A DNA stretch of 49,105 nt, filler included, from Dimargaris cristalligena (taxonomy: Eukaryota), in assembly GCA_003614675.1 (NCBI GenBank). It is 2 parts of 2 records of this genome, joined end to end, with 100 filler letters (N's around TTAATTAATTAA, not from the genome) between each part and the next. Parts side by side here need not be neighbours in the genome. Positions count along the whole stretch, not along the records: positions 24,624 to 49,105 come from ML002587.1; 1 more part is not named here. One strand, 5' to 3'. Shown in pieces: positions 24,675 to 37,503 of the stretch. Each line of letters opens with the position of its first letter. Positions within the stretch are counted from its first letter, which is position 1. The notes beneath the pieces were generated by a model, which was given only the letters and a program-made list of their open reading frames with translations, was not told the DNA's origin and did no database searches. A program made the translations under genes and the position numbers.

Positions 24675-25054
24675 CTGGCTCCCATGAGAGTCTTCTCAAT
24701 GTGGAGTCATCTGGTTGAATTCTCATCTACCTATGCCTTAGTCTTAGTAGTATTTCCCTTGGAACCTCCCTCTGGAGCTGTCCCTATGTATATATAACCA
24801 GGCCCCACTGGGACTAGTTCAATGGTCAGCTTGTTCATATCCCCCAGTCTACCTCAATAAACTCTATATACACTCACCCCCCTTGTACTAACAAGTAAGT
24901 GTACCCACTGTACATCCCTTGCATTTACCTGCACTTGTCCTTTATTAGTTAGTACTATGCCCCCATCCTAACACTAGTAGCCACTTGGCCAAGTCTAAGC
25001 CCCACCTACTGTTAGAAGCCTATCCCTGGGACTCTTGATAGACTAAGAGTGGTT
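24675..25054 (+). repeat. ~380 bp dispersed repeat, copy 2 (LTR-like, CpG-free)
   Basis: Direct, diverged copy of 23573-23955. Confidence 0.8.
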
Positions 25055-25299
25055 TATTGGAATACTAAGGTTGTAAAGGAAATAAAACTGGAAGTAAGGG
25101 AAGAAAGCAGCTAGAGGACGGTAGGTACCTCTAGGTGGTTAGTTTTATTGAATTGTAATTTCTGTGGGGTGAAATATAATTGGCTAACATGAATGATCTC
25201 ATGATAGCAGAATAAACTAACGTAATTGGGTATAAATAGGATAGAATAAAGAACACGTAGGTACATATTCTTCAACATGGTTAACTTGGGTGACAATAG

Positions 25300-26235
25300 C
25301 CCAGTGGAATTTAATCATCTATGAGGCTTACAGTGTTCCTGAGTTGCACTGCTACCCCCCCCCCCTCTCCACATTCATTGCTATTTTGTTTTGAATGGCC
25401 TTAAAATTGAAAACTCTGATATTTCATATGACCCTTTGAGTGCCACCACCTACCAGTTGTTCTGTGTTTCAGCTTTTCATCTCATCCATATGCTAGGGAC
25501 CTATGGATACACATATACTTAGAGTGGGCTGCCCATCTTTGTGGACCTTCATTGTATTTGTCATTTTGGCTCAAATACATGTGTATTCTCCTCCTTTGGT
25601 TAGCATCCCCTTTACTTCAAGCCATGCAAATTCACACTCTAACCAATGGGGGTCTGCCTCATGTTCAACTATTTATTAAATACAAATAAATAACTACACC
25701 ATCATCTGATGCATGCCAGCAATACTACACTATGCTTGATTAGTAAAGTGGTATTGTTAAGGATGCATTTTTTTTGCTACTGGATCAAGTAAGCAAGATA
25801 TTCCTCATTTTATCATGGCAAGGATTTATTCTTAAACCAGGTCAAAGAAGCCCACCCTGAATCCAAGAATCCCATTAGATCATTGTGAATGCAAGAATGG
25901 GGCTGACCAGGGTGGCCGACATGGTCACTAAGGAAGACTGGGTAATAGTAATGGTGTTGGTAGTATTTACCTAGGAAACAGTGGCTATAGTTCAATGATA
26001 GAATGGGTTTGGGTTTGGGGTCATAATGGAGGCCTTTTCAAGGCAAGTTACATGCCAACATATCTGGGGTATGGTAGGTAAGTTACTGGGCTTGTTTGGT
26101 ATCAGGAAATTCCACCATGCTATTATCAAACACTGTACATTTTCCTAAAGATGACCTTGATCAATACTAATATGGAAAACCTAGAAGGCTGGCTGAAAGG
26201 TGTGACTTGGCAGGACACATTCACTTTATTTGTTA
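25300..26235. pseudogene. CpG-depleted relic with residual splice-like signals
   Basis: Almost no CG (one at ~25917). Plus-strand GTAAG donors at ~25789 and ~26078 flank interrupted frames. No recognisable product. Confidence 0.3.
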
Positions 26236-26773
26236 TCCGCAGATGGTTCACTCTAAGCTACATTTCTTTTATATGGAAACCATGCTCCGTTTAGGATGAA
26301 TACCTTGATTGCCCCAACTGAAGGAGTTTGTCTGGTCATTTAGGGCCTCCATTCCCCCATAGCTTCCGAATAGATTGCATTCCAATGGATAGAAATGACA
26401 TGTGGTAGTAGTCATGTGCTATATCCCCGTATGCAAAATAGAAGGGAGAATGCTGCTGCCCTTTGGCTTGTATGTACAATGTTCTGGACCATTACCCACC
26501 GCCGTACCCAACAAATAACGTAATCGGGGGGAGTTTCCGTGCCCCTATAGACCGCACCACTAAGCCCCGACTCGTAAAGCCTATAACCAAGCACCATTAC
26601 GTACGTTCTGACATTGACGTATTCGCCACCTCCTCTTCCCTCTCCCCTTTATATTTCAGCCCACCGCTCTCCTTTTCACAGTTTCTAGCCTGTCTCATTT
26701 TACCTTAGCTAAACCTATTACCACTCCTCCCCTCCACTCTCTTACCTTTAATCACCACCTACCTCCTCCTCCT

Positions 26774-27097
26774 ATGCATTCCCGTACCGTTATGCTCCTG
26801 GCCCTTCTGGCGACCGCTGCCCCTTGGGTTGCGCGAGCAGAAACTGTACCCATTGCCTGCCGCCCTCTCGCCGCCGCTTCCGAGCTCTCCAGTTACATCA
26901 TCACCCTCAAGGACTCTAATGACGTGCACGCTGTCGAAGCCGTAGTCAACTGTGCCGGTGGCAAGAGCAACGATGTCTTGACTATCGGCCAGACGAGTTT
27001 TATGGTGGTTCAGTTAACCAGCGAGGCCGCCGAAGAAATTAAGAAAGGGGGCCATGTCCAGTATATTGAAAAAGACGGCGAGGTTAGAATTCAGTAA
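26774..27097 (+). CDS. Small secreted peptidase inhibitor, family I9 (subtilisin-propeptide-like)
   Basis: Signal peptide (MLLALLATAAPWVARA), then YIITLKD...GG...VQYIEKDGEVRIQ*, the typical stand-alone I9 pattern; intronless, 107 aa. Confidence 0.85.
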   Translation: MHSRTVMLLALLATAAPWVARAETVPIACRPLAAASELSSYIITLKDSNDVHAVEAVVNCAGGKSNDVLTIGQTSFMVVQLTSEAAEEIKKGGHVQYIEKDGEVRIQ

Positions 27098-27697
27098 AAC
27101 GCCAATGTGGCCTAACTATGTCTGCCAGCCTACCTGCAATATAGTAGACATACCCTCCCTCTCCGTCCTTGTTTCGTAGCTTTTCCTTTCCTTTGGCTAT
27201 ATGTACCATATATTAATAAAACATAACGGACCAGCTCCGCTAGCAAACTAAGAAGGCCTAACTCTCCCTAATTAGTACTGCGCGCCCTGGAGTGTGTTAA
27301 TCTGGGATTTCTCATTGATAACGAGGTCGATATGGGTAAAGTTCGCCCAGCTGTATAGGGTTTTAAATGATGTGTAGATGGGCCAATAGGCGGGACGTTT
27401 ATTTTCAACCAGGGCAGTATTTGCCTCATCCAACGGGTTTTTTGATATACAGCCCCTGGTTGAATTCCTCCCATATTATGACTACGAGGAAAGGGAGAGT
27501 ACCAAAACTACTTTCATGGAGCTATCCTGTATGGAAAGTTGAGCTGTTGTGCCCTGTTGCTTACACTATTTGTCTTTTCGACCTATATTTTCGGAGGACT
27601 CATTGCACGGTAAACTCTCCCATTTCCAAGCCCACTCGCTGGACCAGTACACTCTCCCCTTTTCTCCCCGTTCCCGGCTGGTCCCGTTTCCTCCACC

Positions 27698-28707
27698 ATG
27701 TCCAGCGATAATGTCGACGAATTGCCCAAAGAGGCCAAGATCATGTCCCTCATCCTTCAAGCGCAAGCGATCGAGGACTGCGATAAAAAAGTAGTAAACC
27801 AATTACTCGACTTTGCCCATCGTAAGTCTCCCTGGTACTTTTGGCGTACTCCACATTCGACGGCCATATATATATATATATATATATCTTTCATTGAGCA
27901 GCTTTAGCGAATAGGTCACTGATACGTCTATACAACCCCCTTCTATCTCCCTCACTGCCTATTTCGGCGAGACCAGGTTATACCGTGGAAGTATTCCAGG
28001 ATGCTTTGATTTATTCTGAACATGCCGGCAAAAACGACCTGGATGTTGAGGACGTTCGCTTAGCTATCCAAGGCCGGGTGAACCACTCTTTTACTACGCC
28101 GCCCTCCAAAGAGGTATGTGATATGTTCCTAGTCTGGTGCGGGATCTGATTGATTTCCGCATTACTTTTCTCCTTCTCTCCTCTGACATGCGCGTTATGG
28201 CCGACTCCCTCCTTTCTATACATTCGAAAGAGACGTCCATCACCATTATTTCCCGCTACTCAGACCTCACCTGCCACCACCCACCTAGAACTAATTGAGT
28301 TACTAATTTAATCCACCCACTTGGTTCGATGCCCATCCTTCTCTCGGGGACACGCCCCCCTATTTTCCGTATTCTAGTTTTTGCTCGAGTTGGCCGAGGA
28401 ACGTAATAGTACCCCTCTCCCCCTTCTACCCGAGAAATTTGGAATCCGACTGCCCCCCGAAAAGCACTGTCTCACCGCGGTCAACTTCCAAGTGGTTCCC
28501 GAGGTAAGCAAGCTGCCATTTATAGTACACTACTGATACGTTATGCCCCACTCGATCCACCCCCGTATATCGTCTGTCTATCTAGGTCTGCTAATCCGGC
28601 GTATATCCAAACGGCCTACTAACTACAACTATTGCTTCATGTATGAATTGTTTTTGAACCCACAGCGGAAAAGTCTCGCCGGACAAAAAGCCGCCGAAAA
28701 ACACTAG
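27698..28707 (+). CDS. TAF9: TFIID/SAGA subunit Taf9
   Basis: Exons 27698-27821, 27977-28113, 28378-28503, 28666-28707: VVNQLLDFAHRYTVEVFQDA..YSEHA...EDVRLAI...LLELAEERNSTPLP...GIRLPPEKHCLT. Confidence 0.95.
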
Positions 28708-29397
28708 GTTTATTAAATATCTTATATCTCTCTTTCTCGATTATACCAGTCCAACCGCTGCACCTAGCTATTTCCGACATTATCAGCTTTTTACCATTTG
28801 AATTACCCAACTTTCTGGCCCAGTAGTTAATTGCCTAAACTCGGTATAAAGGGCCGAAATGTAGTAACATCACTCTATGTATAAATAATATTAAACCCAT
28901 AGCTATTCCAATACCACAGGCAGTTTTGTAGGTGTAATGGTATTATGTTGATATATCAAGAGCCCCGACAACCTTAGTTATTATATTATCAGCCAGTAAA
29001 TTGAGTTTAGAAATTAAATGAGGGTGTATTTATGTATGTGTTTTTGGGGATTTTGGATGGTGGTTTACACCTGATTTTCCCCCACCAGGTCTCGAGTAGA
29101 GAAATAGTACCAAACTACCCCACCAACTCCCTTCCAATTCAATTAAGGGATCTACCGATTCAAGGCCAGGCAATTCTACCAGCTTGGAATGACAACTCTA
29201 GCTCCCTTGGATCTTGACGACGTTCCTTCACCAATTATCCACCTATTAGTGTTACTTTCCCAAAACTGATCGTGGCCGCATGCACTCAGGTCTCTAACTC
29301 TTTAGCCTACCATTTTCTCTCCCGGGGTGCTTTATATTGCCACTACTATACCTATTATTATTTTATTGGCTTGCTTAGCACCAACACATTTACCGCC

Positions 29398-29790
29398 ATG
29401 ATCCAATTGAAAAGTTACTTGAACGTGATCGACAACACCGGTGCCCTAGTCGCCGAGTGCATCCGTACCCTCAACAACACCAAAGTAGCCCGCGTCGGTG
29501 ACGAGATCGTCGTGGCCGTCAAGAAGGCCCGGTCCGTGAGTGATTCCTCCCTCAGTTCGACGGCGGCCTCCAAAATCCGCAAAGGTGATGTGCGCCGGGC
29601 CCTGATCGTCCGCACCAAAAGCCCCATTGCCCGGCCCGACGGTAGTAACATTCGTTTCGATGATAATGCCTGTATTCTGCTGAACAACCAGAAGCAACCC
29701 CTCGGTACCCGCATCCTCGGTCTGGTGGCGGCCGATATTAAAGCCAAGGGCTGGAATAAGGTGGTCTCGCTCGCACCCAAGGTGGTATAG
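29398..29790 (+). CDS. MRPL38: Mitochondrial ribosomal protein uL14m
   Basis: MIQLKSYLNVIDNTGA...VGDEIVVAVKKA...ALIVRTK...DGSNIRFDDNACILLN...PLGTRI. The likely start is the ATG at 29398. Confidence 0.93.
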   Translation: MIQLKSYLNVIDNTGALVAECIRTLNNTKVARVGDEIVVAVKKARSVSDSSLSSTAASKIRKGDVRRALIVRTKSPIARPDGSNIRFDDNACILLNNQKQPLGTRILGLVAADIKAKGWNKVVSLAPKVV

Positions 29791-30304
29791 AGGAAAGCAG
29801 GTAGAAGCCCCTCTTGTAGAGACTCTTCGTCTATCTTGGTTCACTGTTCTTTTATACGCTTACAATAAACGTTGGTACATAATTTAGGGTATAATTATAA
29901 AAGAAGCGAATATCATTACTTCTGTGGCTAACCCTTCACTTTGGCACAGAACCGGGAGCACCCATTTGGTTTATACTATCTAGAGTCGTTACAATGGTAT
30001 TGTCAGCGCACACATATTTTCCAGTATAAACTAGGTCCTATAGAGAATTGTTAACCGTCTATTAAGGTTATTATCCAAGGGAGGGTAATATTGACTACTG
30101 TCTGCACTGGAGTTACTCCAAGAGCCCGCCTTGACAAGACTGCAGGCATTCGGGTGTTCAAGACCTGCAAGCAACTTAGGTTTCTTCAATTTGAATTCTA
30201 TTTTTCAAAGCTACTCGGCCCCATTACCGATTTCTTATTCGTCTACATTCTCTATTACCCTTATCCATTTTTAGTGTCCTCCAGTCTTCAATCCCCTCGT
30301 TGCA

Positions 30305-31595
30305 ATGAGCCAGCCCGGAAGTATTCCCCGAACTAAAGCACTCACGCTGACAGGTCATAAAGGTGCAGTCAATGTCGCTCGATTCAACAGTGATGGCAAA
30401 TACTGTCTAACCGGGGGTCAGGACCGCCAAATTCGTCTATGGAAGGTTGACACAGGTGAAAAAGTAGTCGAATTCGAGGGACATGCCCGGGACGTTCTCG
30501 ATTTGCAAGTGTAAGTATGACCTTGGAACCGATGTACTTATACGCTCCTATTTCAGCCTAGTAGAGGCCCATTGGCCTTCGTAGAATAGACTGATGCTAG
30601 GTAATATGCATTGAATGGCCCTAACTTACCCCATTCTTATACGATAGCCGACTTGCCCTTCCACACACACGCTGTTCCTATGTATCCCAACAACCACTTA
30701 GTTCCCCGGATAACAGCCGGTTCGCCTCGGTAGGCAACGATCGGGCCGTTTTCCTCTGGGACGTCGCCACCCAACGGATCATCAAAAAGTGCGACGGCCA
30801 CCTCCACCGGATCAACACGGTGGGTTTTAGTCCGAACAGTGCCCTATTCGCGAGCGGATCCCTAGACAAAACCGTTCGCATTTGGGATAACCGATCGAAC
30901 TCCCGCCGCCCCGTCCAACAACTGGAAGAAGCCACCGACAGTGTGACGACCCTGGCCTTTAACGATACAGAAATGCTCACGGGATCGGCGGACGGGTTCG
31001 TCCGGGTCTATGATATGCGGCAGGGGCAAATGACGGCCGATTTTACCGGTAGTCCCGTCACTAGCGGGGCATGGTCGGCGGATAATCGATGTATCTTGAT
31101 CGGCGCGCTCGACCATACGCTGCGCTTATTCGACCGGTCGAATGGTACGTTATTAAACCACTACGAGGGGCACCAGAGCTCGCAGTTCAAAATGGAGTGC
31201 TGCTTTTCTCGGTCAGGCGCCCATGTTATCAGTGGATCCGAAGATGGCGCCATCTGGTTTTGGGATATTCTGGAGGTAAGTTCTTTCGTTCGTTCGTTCT
31301 TCTTATTATTATTATTGGCACATTGGGCTATCGAATCAAGGACCGTCCGACACGGTCCATATGTGGGACTTTCAGAAGCCTCACAAACTACTCAGGGTTA
31401 ATAATTTCCATCTGCTTCTAACGACCTCTCATATCACCTTTTAAACACCTTTTTGTTATCTATGAAATTGGCCAGGCCTCACGCGCGCAAAGGGTCCTTG
31501 CTCATAGTAGTATAGTAACCTGTGTGGCCTATCACCCCACCGAATCAGCCCTTCTCTCCTCATCATCCGATGGATCTGTCATTATATGGCGCTAA
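30305..31595 (+). CDS. WDR83: WD40 protein WDR83/MORG1
   Basis: Exons 30305-30510, 30702-31275, 31476-31595: GHKGAVNVARFNSDGKYCLTGGQDR, WDNRSNSRRPVQQLEEATDSV, TGSADGFVRVYDMRQG, LRLFDRSNGTLLNHYEGH. Confidence 0.9.
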
Positions 31596-31833
31596 CAAAT
31601 GCCCCTGTGGTTCACACCACCACCCTCTCTCCCCCAGCCAGTTCCACAATACCAACCATGCTAGCAAAAACACTCCCTGGCAACTTTATGTACAATACTT
31701 AATCAGAATACATTAATGAATACGGGTGACCGCTAAATTAAAACAGCCAGATTTTTATAATGTGTGGAGATGGGTTGAATCAACACTGGACATACCGATA
31801 TATAAAGCCAAAAGAAGAAAAGAACACATCCTT

Positions 31834-34140
31834 TTATTTATCGAGAAGCTGGGTCCAGTCAAACTTAGCCCAGTTGGTCCGTTCTTTGAACTCCCGTACC
31901 CGGCGCCGTTCGAGGGATGGGTTTGACGGTACCCGCGCTGGCTTCCGATACGATTTGGGGGGCAAATCCAACATACCGGCTATGATTTGCTTGCCAAAGT
32001 AGTGCGGGAACAGTTGATTATTTTCAATAACATGCCCCATCCCGCCGTCCAAGTCCGTCCACAGATGAAAATAGGGCACTTTGGCGGTCATGGAACGCCG
32101 GAACCCACCCGTGCGTCGAGTCAAGCCACTCCTTCCGGTGTCCTCCGCCGAAGGGGAGGAGGTGTTGATGGTGGTGTCAATAATTTTACGGTGCTGAGTC
32201 CATTCATCGTCGGCGTCGAGGAGGCCCTCTTTGAAATAAGCGGGGAGGTCGGCGTACAGATCCCGAGGCACTGGAATGCATTCAATGGCGGTGTGGCGAC
32301 CTTTACGACCCGAGACATCGGTTACCGTTTCCATAAAGACGGCACCTTCATCCCGGGCATCGAAGGCGTGGATTAGGCATTTCATAAAGTTCTAATTATG
32401 TATTCGCCGGTGTTTGGGCAGCCAAATAATTCAGTCAGTAGGTTAGTTATGTCGGTGAGCGAGACTGGCGATCTAATTGACAGACGGGAGGTATGCCTTT
32501 CTCCTATAAAAGAATTAACCAATTACTCCAATCTATTGAATGGTCACTATTAAAAACCAATCAACTACTTACCCGAATTTCGGTCCAGGCATCATCCTCG
32601 CAGGTCAGAGTCGAAACAGTGTGTTGGGTGGGAATTATCAGGCAATGACCCGGCACTAGGGGCTCTGTGCTTGGTAATCCGAGGTAAACTTGGGTACCGA
32701 TGGAAATGATGGGTATTTCGGGGGGCTCGAGACTGGCCTTCTGGCCCGTACTCTTTTCGGGAGTACGGAAGCAGAACTGACATGATGCCAACTGCTTGTA
32801 ATCTGGTTGACGGATTGTACCATGCATTCCGGTAGCAGTGGACATGTAAAATAAGGAGATTTCGGGAACTATGGTTAGTAAAATTCGATCATTTCATATG
32901 CATACTTAGGGTGGATTTTAAATAAAGGTCGGGATAAAAGTTGTCTCGCTAAACCCGGGTTTAGCAAATCCCAGTTGGTGAAAACCAATTACCTGTGATG
33001 GCAATATCCCGCTTCTGCTGGTCAGTGAGTCCATGTTGGGTCCGAGCAAGCTTATCGACATTCTCATCCATGTATTCCAAAGTTTCCTATATGGCCCCAA
33101 GTTGGCAACAGGTCCATTTAGAACCAAGTAGTATTAGGAATGTAATTGCGGTAAAAAAATGGGTGAGTAAACTCAGCTGGAGTATAATTACAGCGTGGCC
33201 CAAATTGGATTCGGCCACAGAAAGCAACATCCGATTGTAGGGATAGAGTCGCTATGTTATTTAACAATAACTCGTCTATTTTCCTATTTATATTTCATTT
33301 AAGCCTTAGCTCGACTGGGGTGAGCTCCATTGTTTACCGCATCACCAGGTAACCCTTTCGGCTGTGACTAAATCTTGAACGTCGAATAAACACTAGTTGC
33401 CGCCACTTGCCTTGAATTTGGCATCCCGGAGGATTCGTTTGGCCATTTGGCGATCGGTGGATTGCGAATTGGCGTATTTTTCCTGGTGGAGCATGGTCAT
33501 GATATCGGTATCTTTGCCCTCATCCAAGACCGACACGGGTCTCCGGCGCTGGGCTTTGGTTTCGGAGGTGCCTGCCTTGAGATGCTGAAGCAATGGCTCC
33601 TGGTCGAGGTTCAGTGGGCGCCCCTGGTCATCGAAATTGGGAAGCGTTACCACCTGGGCCTATTCGCATGGAACATTAACGGTTTCCGTACATCGAAAAA
33701 TGGCCATTAATTAGAAAAATGTAAATAGTAAATAGAGTTGGCGCTAGCAATGTACAGGCGTGGTGAGTGCAGGGCCGGTGGGGGTATGTTCGATGGGACC
33801 AGCTGGCGAGGAGAGATCGCTGGGTCAATCAAAGGCTGACCCACCTGGACAAATTAATAACAAACTAGGCCTCAAGGGACTTAGGCAGACTGCTTACCGA
33901 GGGTTCCGTAGGCGCAGGTGGAGCCGAAGGCGTTTTCTCCACCCAGAAAGAGTCCAAGTCAACGGGTTCGGCTGGCGGGGGGCTATCGTCCTTCTTACGC
34001 CGCTTATCCTTAGAATGCCGCTCGGACTCGGATCGGTCACGGTCACGGTGACCGTGACGGTCGTCGCGCTTACGGTCTTTACGATGGCTACGGTGTTCCT
34101 TGCGCTCACGGCGGGAACTGGGTGAACGGTCTCGACCCAT
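31834..34140 (-). CDS. CWF19L2: Cwf19/CWF19L2 (CwfJ C-terminal domains) spliceosome-associated protein
   Basis: Exons 34140-33898, 33659-33411, 33086-32993, 32802-32573, 32391-31834; intron 2 is GC-AG. Motifs CQFCF, GHCLIIPTQH, EIRNFMKCL, HTAIECIPVP, EWTQHRKIIDT, GGMGHVIE, FDWT. Confidence 0.93.
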
Positions 34141-34782
34141 GTTTAGAAGGAGTAAAAGGGCGAATGGGGAGAGCTGTGGTTAGGAAAACCTGACTGTCAA
34201 ATGAGGGTAATTATATATATATATATATATATATATTGAGCAATAGTAATGTGGGCGCGATAAGAGAGAGGTTTTGCGAATTGCTGAAACACTAAACATA
34301 TATTGAAAGAGACAGTCAGTAGTTAAAAACACAAGGAATGCCATTGAGCGACTCCAAATCACTGAAGCCAGGCTACCGTTCAAAAGCGCCAAATACACCA
34401 GCCCAGGTTGCTCATGGTTCACTAACAGATTTGCATGGGCCTCCGACCCCATATGCATAAGACTATAGGGAGCATCACTACTGTTGGTAGTGTGGCCCTC
34501 CCAAGAGCTCACTTGTCAGTTTATCTGCAATTTCTATGGCGTCTCATATTCACAGCCCTATGATTTAACCGGAAAAAGTGCGCCTCCCACCTCCCCAACT
34601 ATGAAGTCGGTTAACGGAAATTTGAAACTGCCCCTCACTTAAATGGGTATATATGTGTGGGGTTTAAATATTTCAAAAAGGGATTTACTGTTCAATTTTA
34701 AAAATAGCTTAGGGTCTCGTCTTCTATCTCCCCCGCCCCAGTAAAGTAAACACCACCACCACCACCACCACTACTACTATTA

Positions 34783-35681
34783 CTACTGGGCGGTGGATTC
34801 TTGCGGATTGATTTTAGTGCAGATATACACAAAGTAATGGAAGGCGTCTCCAATGGTGTGAATTTCCAAGTGGAACGCATCCCGTTTCAGATGCCGGGAT
34901 CGAAAATGGGGCTGACCGAAGGTAATGTAAATAAATTTACCGCCGACCTTCAATACCCGTAGGGCCTCATCCACCTCCCGACGCACATTTTCCATTAATT
35001 CCTCGGACGGATCCCACACATCGCCTTGTTCGCACATGAGCGCGTCCATGGTCCCCTTGTCTACCACCAAGTCAAAACTAGCGTCGGCTAATTGGAGCTC
35101 CCGGATATCCATAACCTCCCATTCCATTTCGGTCAAATCGGCGCAGCGTTGGCGCATTTGGTCAATCACGGTTTCGGAAAAATCGATGTTGGTAATGTGG
35201 TGGTACCCGTCGCGGTACATGTCTTCCGACAGGGTGGAGTTTCCGGCCCCGAGCATCAGGACCCGACCCGATTTGTCGGGCACTTCCCGCTCGAAAATGG
35301 GGAGCAGGTCCCGGTAGGTTTTGAACCAGTCAAAAGTGTGGTCAGAGCCTTCCCTAGAAACGAAGGATGTACGGGTGATACAGTGTTTTCCATGGCATAT
35401 GAATAGGAGGGTAAGTGGGGTTAATAAGGGTTGGTCAGGTTGCTAAAAATATAGATTTGGGCTGATAAGTCTGGACGGACTATATCGGCGAGCTGTCCTA
35501 AAAGGTTGAACCGGCGGTTAGCCCCTCTACTGCAGGTTTAACGAGAAATAGGTTCGAGTTGGGTATTAGACGACCATTCTTCCTCCCCAGTGACTTGGAG
35601 GGTTACAACCCACCTGGTATAGCGCTCTTCCCAGTACGTTTTGGTACCATATTCAGTGTTACTTTTCGGCAAGGTATCCAT
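34783..35681 (-). CDS. EEF1AKMT4-like class I SAM-dependent methyltransferase
   Basis: Exons 35681-35614 and 35353-34783: LPKSNTEYGTKTYWEERY...FDWFKTY...VLMLGAGNSTLSEDMY...NIDFS...DKGTMDAL...YITFGQPHFR. Confidence 0.88.
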
Positions 35682-37503
35682 GGTCGACGAGGTCTGAATG
35701 ACGTGGGGAGTGGTTAGTTATTATTCGGCGCAGGGAACGGGGAGGTGCCGAATGGGGTTCGTTAATGGGGCGTTGCAAAAGAGTATTAGATTATTCTCAT
35801 TCGCTTTAGTCGACTGCCCATCCTTCCCCATAGACATGGTGGACGAGCATACAAAAAAATGTGAAGAGAGAGGAACGCAATATCCAATAGGTTAACCAAC
35901 CCAATAAACCAGCACCAATCACGTGGGGGGGAGCTATAGTATAATAAATTACCAATTAAACTGGTCAGCCATTTCCGCTGCCCTCCTCTGTCGCTAATTG
36001 ATTGATTATATTCGCTTGCCCCGCGTCTCGTCCCGCCCCTCCTTCTGATCAGATGAACGAAAGCGAAGCACGCAATTTGTTTAGAGAGGATGCTTTGGTC
36101 CAGGGGAACGCCTCCATATCTACGCATATTCAGGCATGGTAAGCGCATTCGGCTGACCACCACTGGAGTTTTAGTGTAGTTGTATTAATGTATCCCCACC
36201 CATGATGAGTATAGAGAGAGGGCCAGTTGAGGAGTAGAAGCCCCCCTCTCCAAACCTGGCTTGGTATGAAGAACCCACCACATTACAAGGCGACCGCCTT
36301 AACACACGCTACTCCAGATATGCTACCAAGTCGGCAAAGAACTCCTCCGCCCGCAAGCCTTCTTTCTGTTTTTAAAAATAGCCATCTAATGGACCCTGAG
36401 CTAACCGGCCGAAGCCATCCCTATTGTTTAATGCCGCCCCAATCCACTAGAATAGTCTAACGGTGTTAGATACGGGAAAAATTCCAGACTTTCACTGTGC
36501 CCCGGACCAAAGATCGCACACGTAGGCGTTAGCCATCGCCTAAAGCTAAATGTTATGCAGCATCTTGAATGCATTTGGCTAATCAACACTATACCAGAGA
36601 TGCAACCATCTATGTCATTGGACTGTGCAGCCATGAGGTGGTCGAGGCGATGCATGTGTGAGGGGAAGAAGGAGAGATGAGCGGGGCTGGTGAAGCGCGG
36701 CTCTGATGCCAGTGGGATGCGGATGACCAACTCTTCATTACTGACCAACACCGCACCAGGCCGTTAGATGGAGAAATTGAGCCGGTTGGTGGTAAAAAAC
36801 GACATGCAAGGCCGGACTGGTTTTATTGTTGTACGCCCCTCTCTACCACACGGCGGCGACCCCACCACCATAGCCTGCACAGCTATGGCGGGGGACGGAA
36901 CTATTCCGACGCCATGCCCCTGATAATGTGCACTGACAATGAACGCCGCTGACTCGACCGAACCCAAACCTCATATCTCTAGTGATTGTATCGCGCATAC
37001 CCCTGGGAGTGCCCCAGTGCCTCCTATTTTGTAGGTACATGGCCACATCCCCAGCCCTTAGACTGTTAAAGGCCGAATGGTGAGAGATGGGGTTTGGGTT
37101 TGGATCTTGTTCTTTTTTGCCTTCTTTGAGGCTAGCCAAGCCTCCAGTGTGCTCGATTCTATCGTTTATACCGTATCAGTGGTGGTGGTATGATTCGGAT
37201 CCCTTCGTCAGGGTTAGAGAAAGTGGCTGTGGGACACATGGCTCAAAGGGAAACCCAAGTGGAGCCCTGGGCCGGGATCTGGCATAATTCCAGGGGGCCA
37301 GAGCAGCTATTATAAAATGCCGGCGCAATCCCCCTTCCCAGTGCTCAGTATAGCTCCTCCACCCACCCAACCCCAGGCTAAATTTAATCTATACTCTTCC
37401 CTTAATCATCTAATACCACTCTTCATTACTTCAAAAAGGAAAATCGCCTTTGGATTCTAAAACCCCGTCTTTTAGTCCCTGAGAAGATTTCCAGTCGATC
37501 ACA

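Noticed and set aside
33320-33336. ACAATGGAGCTCA resembling RNase MRP CR-V in a CWF19L2 intron
   Set aside because: No upstream GAAAGUCCC-type CR-I and no room for the RNA; a similar word occurs by chance at ~4905.
35900-37300. Several 65-125 aa ORFs upstream of the LeuA-like gene
   Set aside because: No recognisable domain or consistent splice model.
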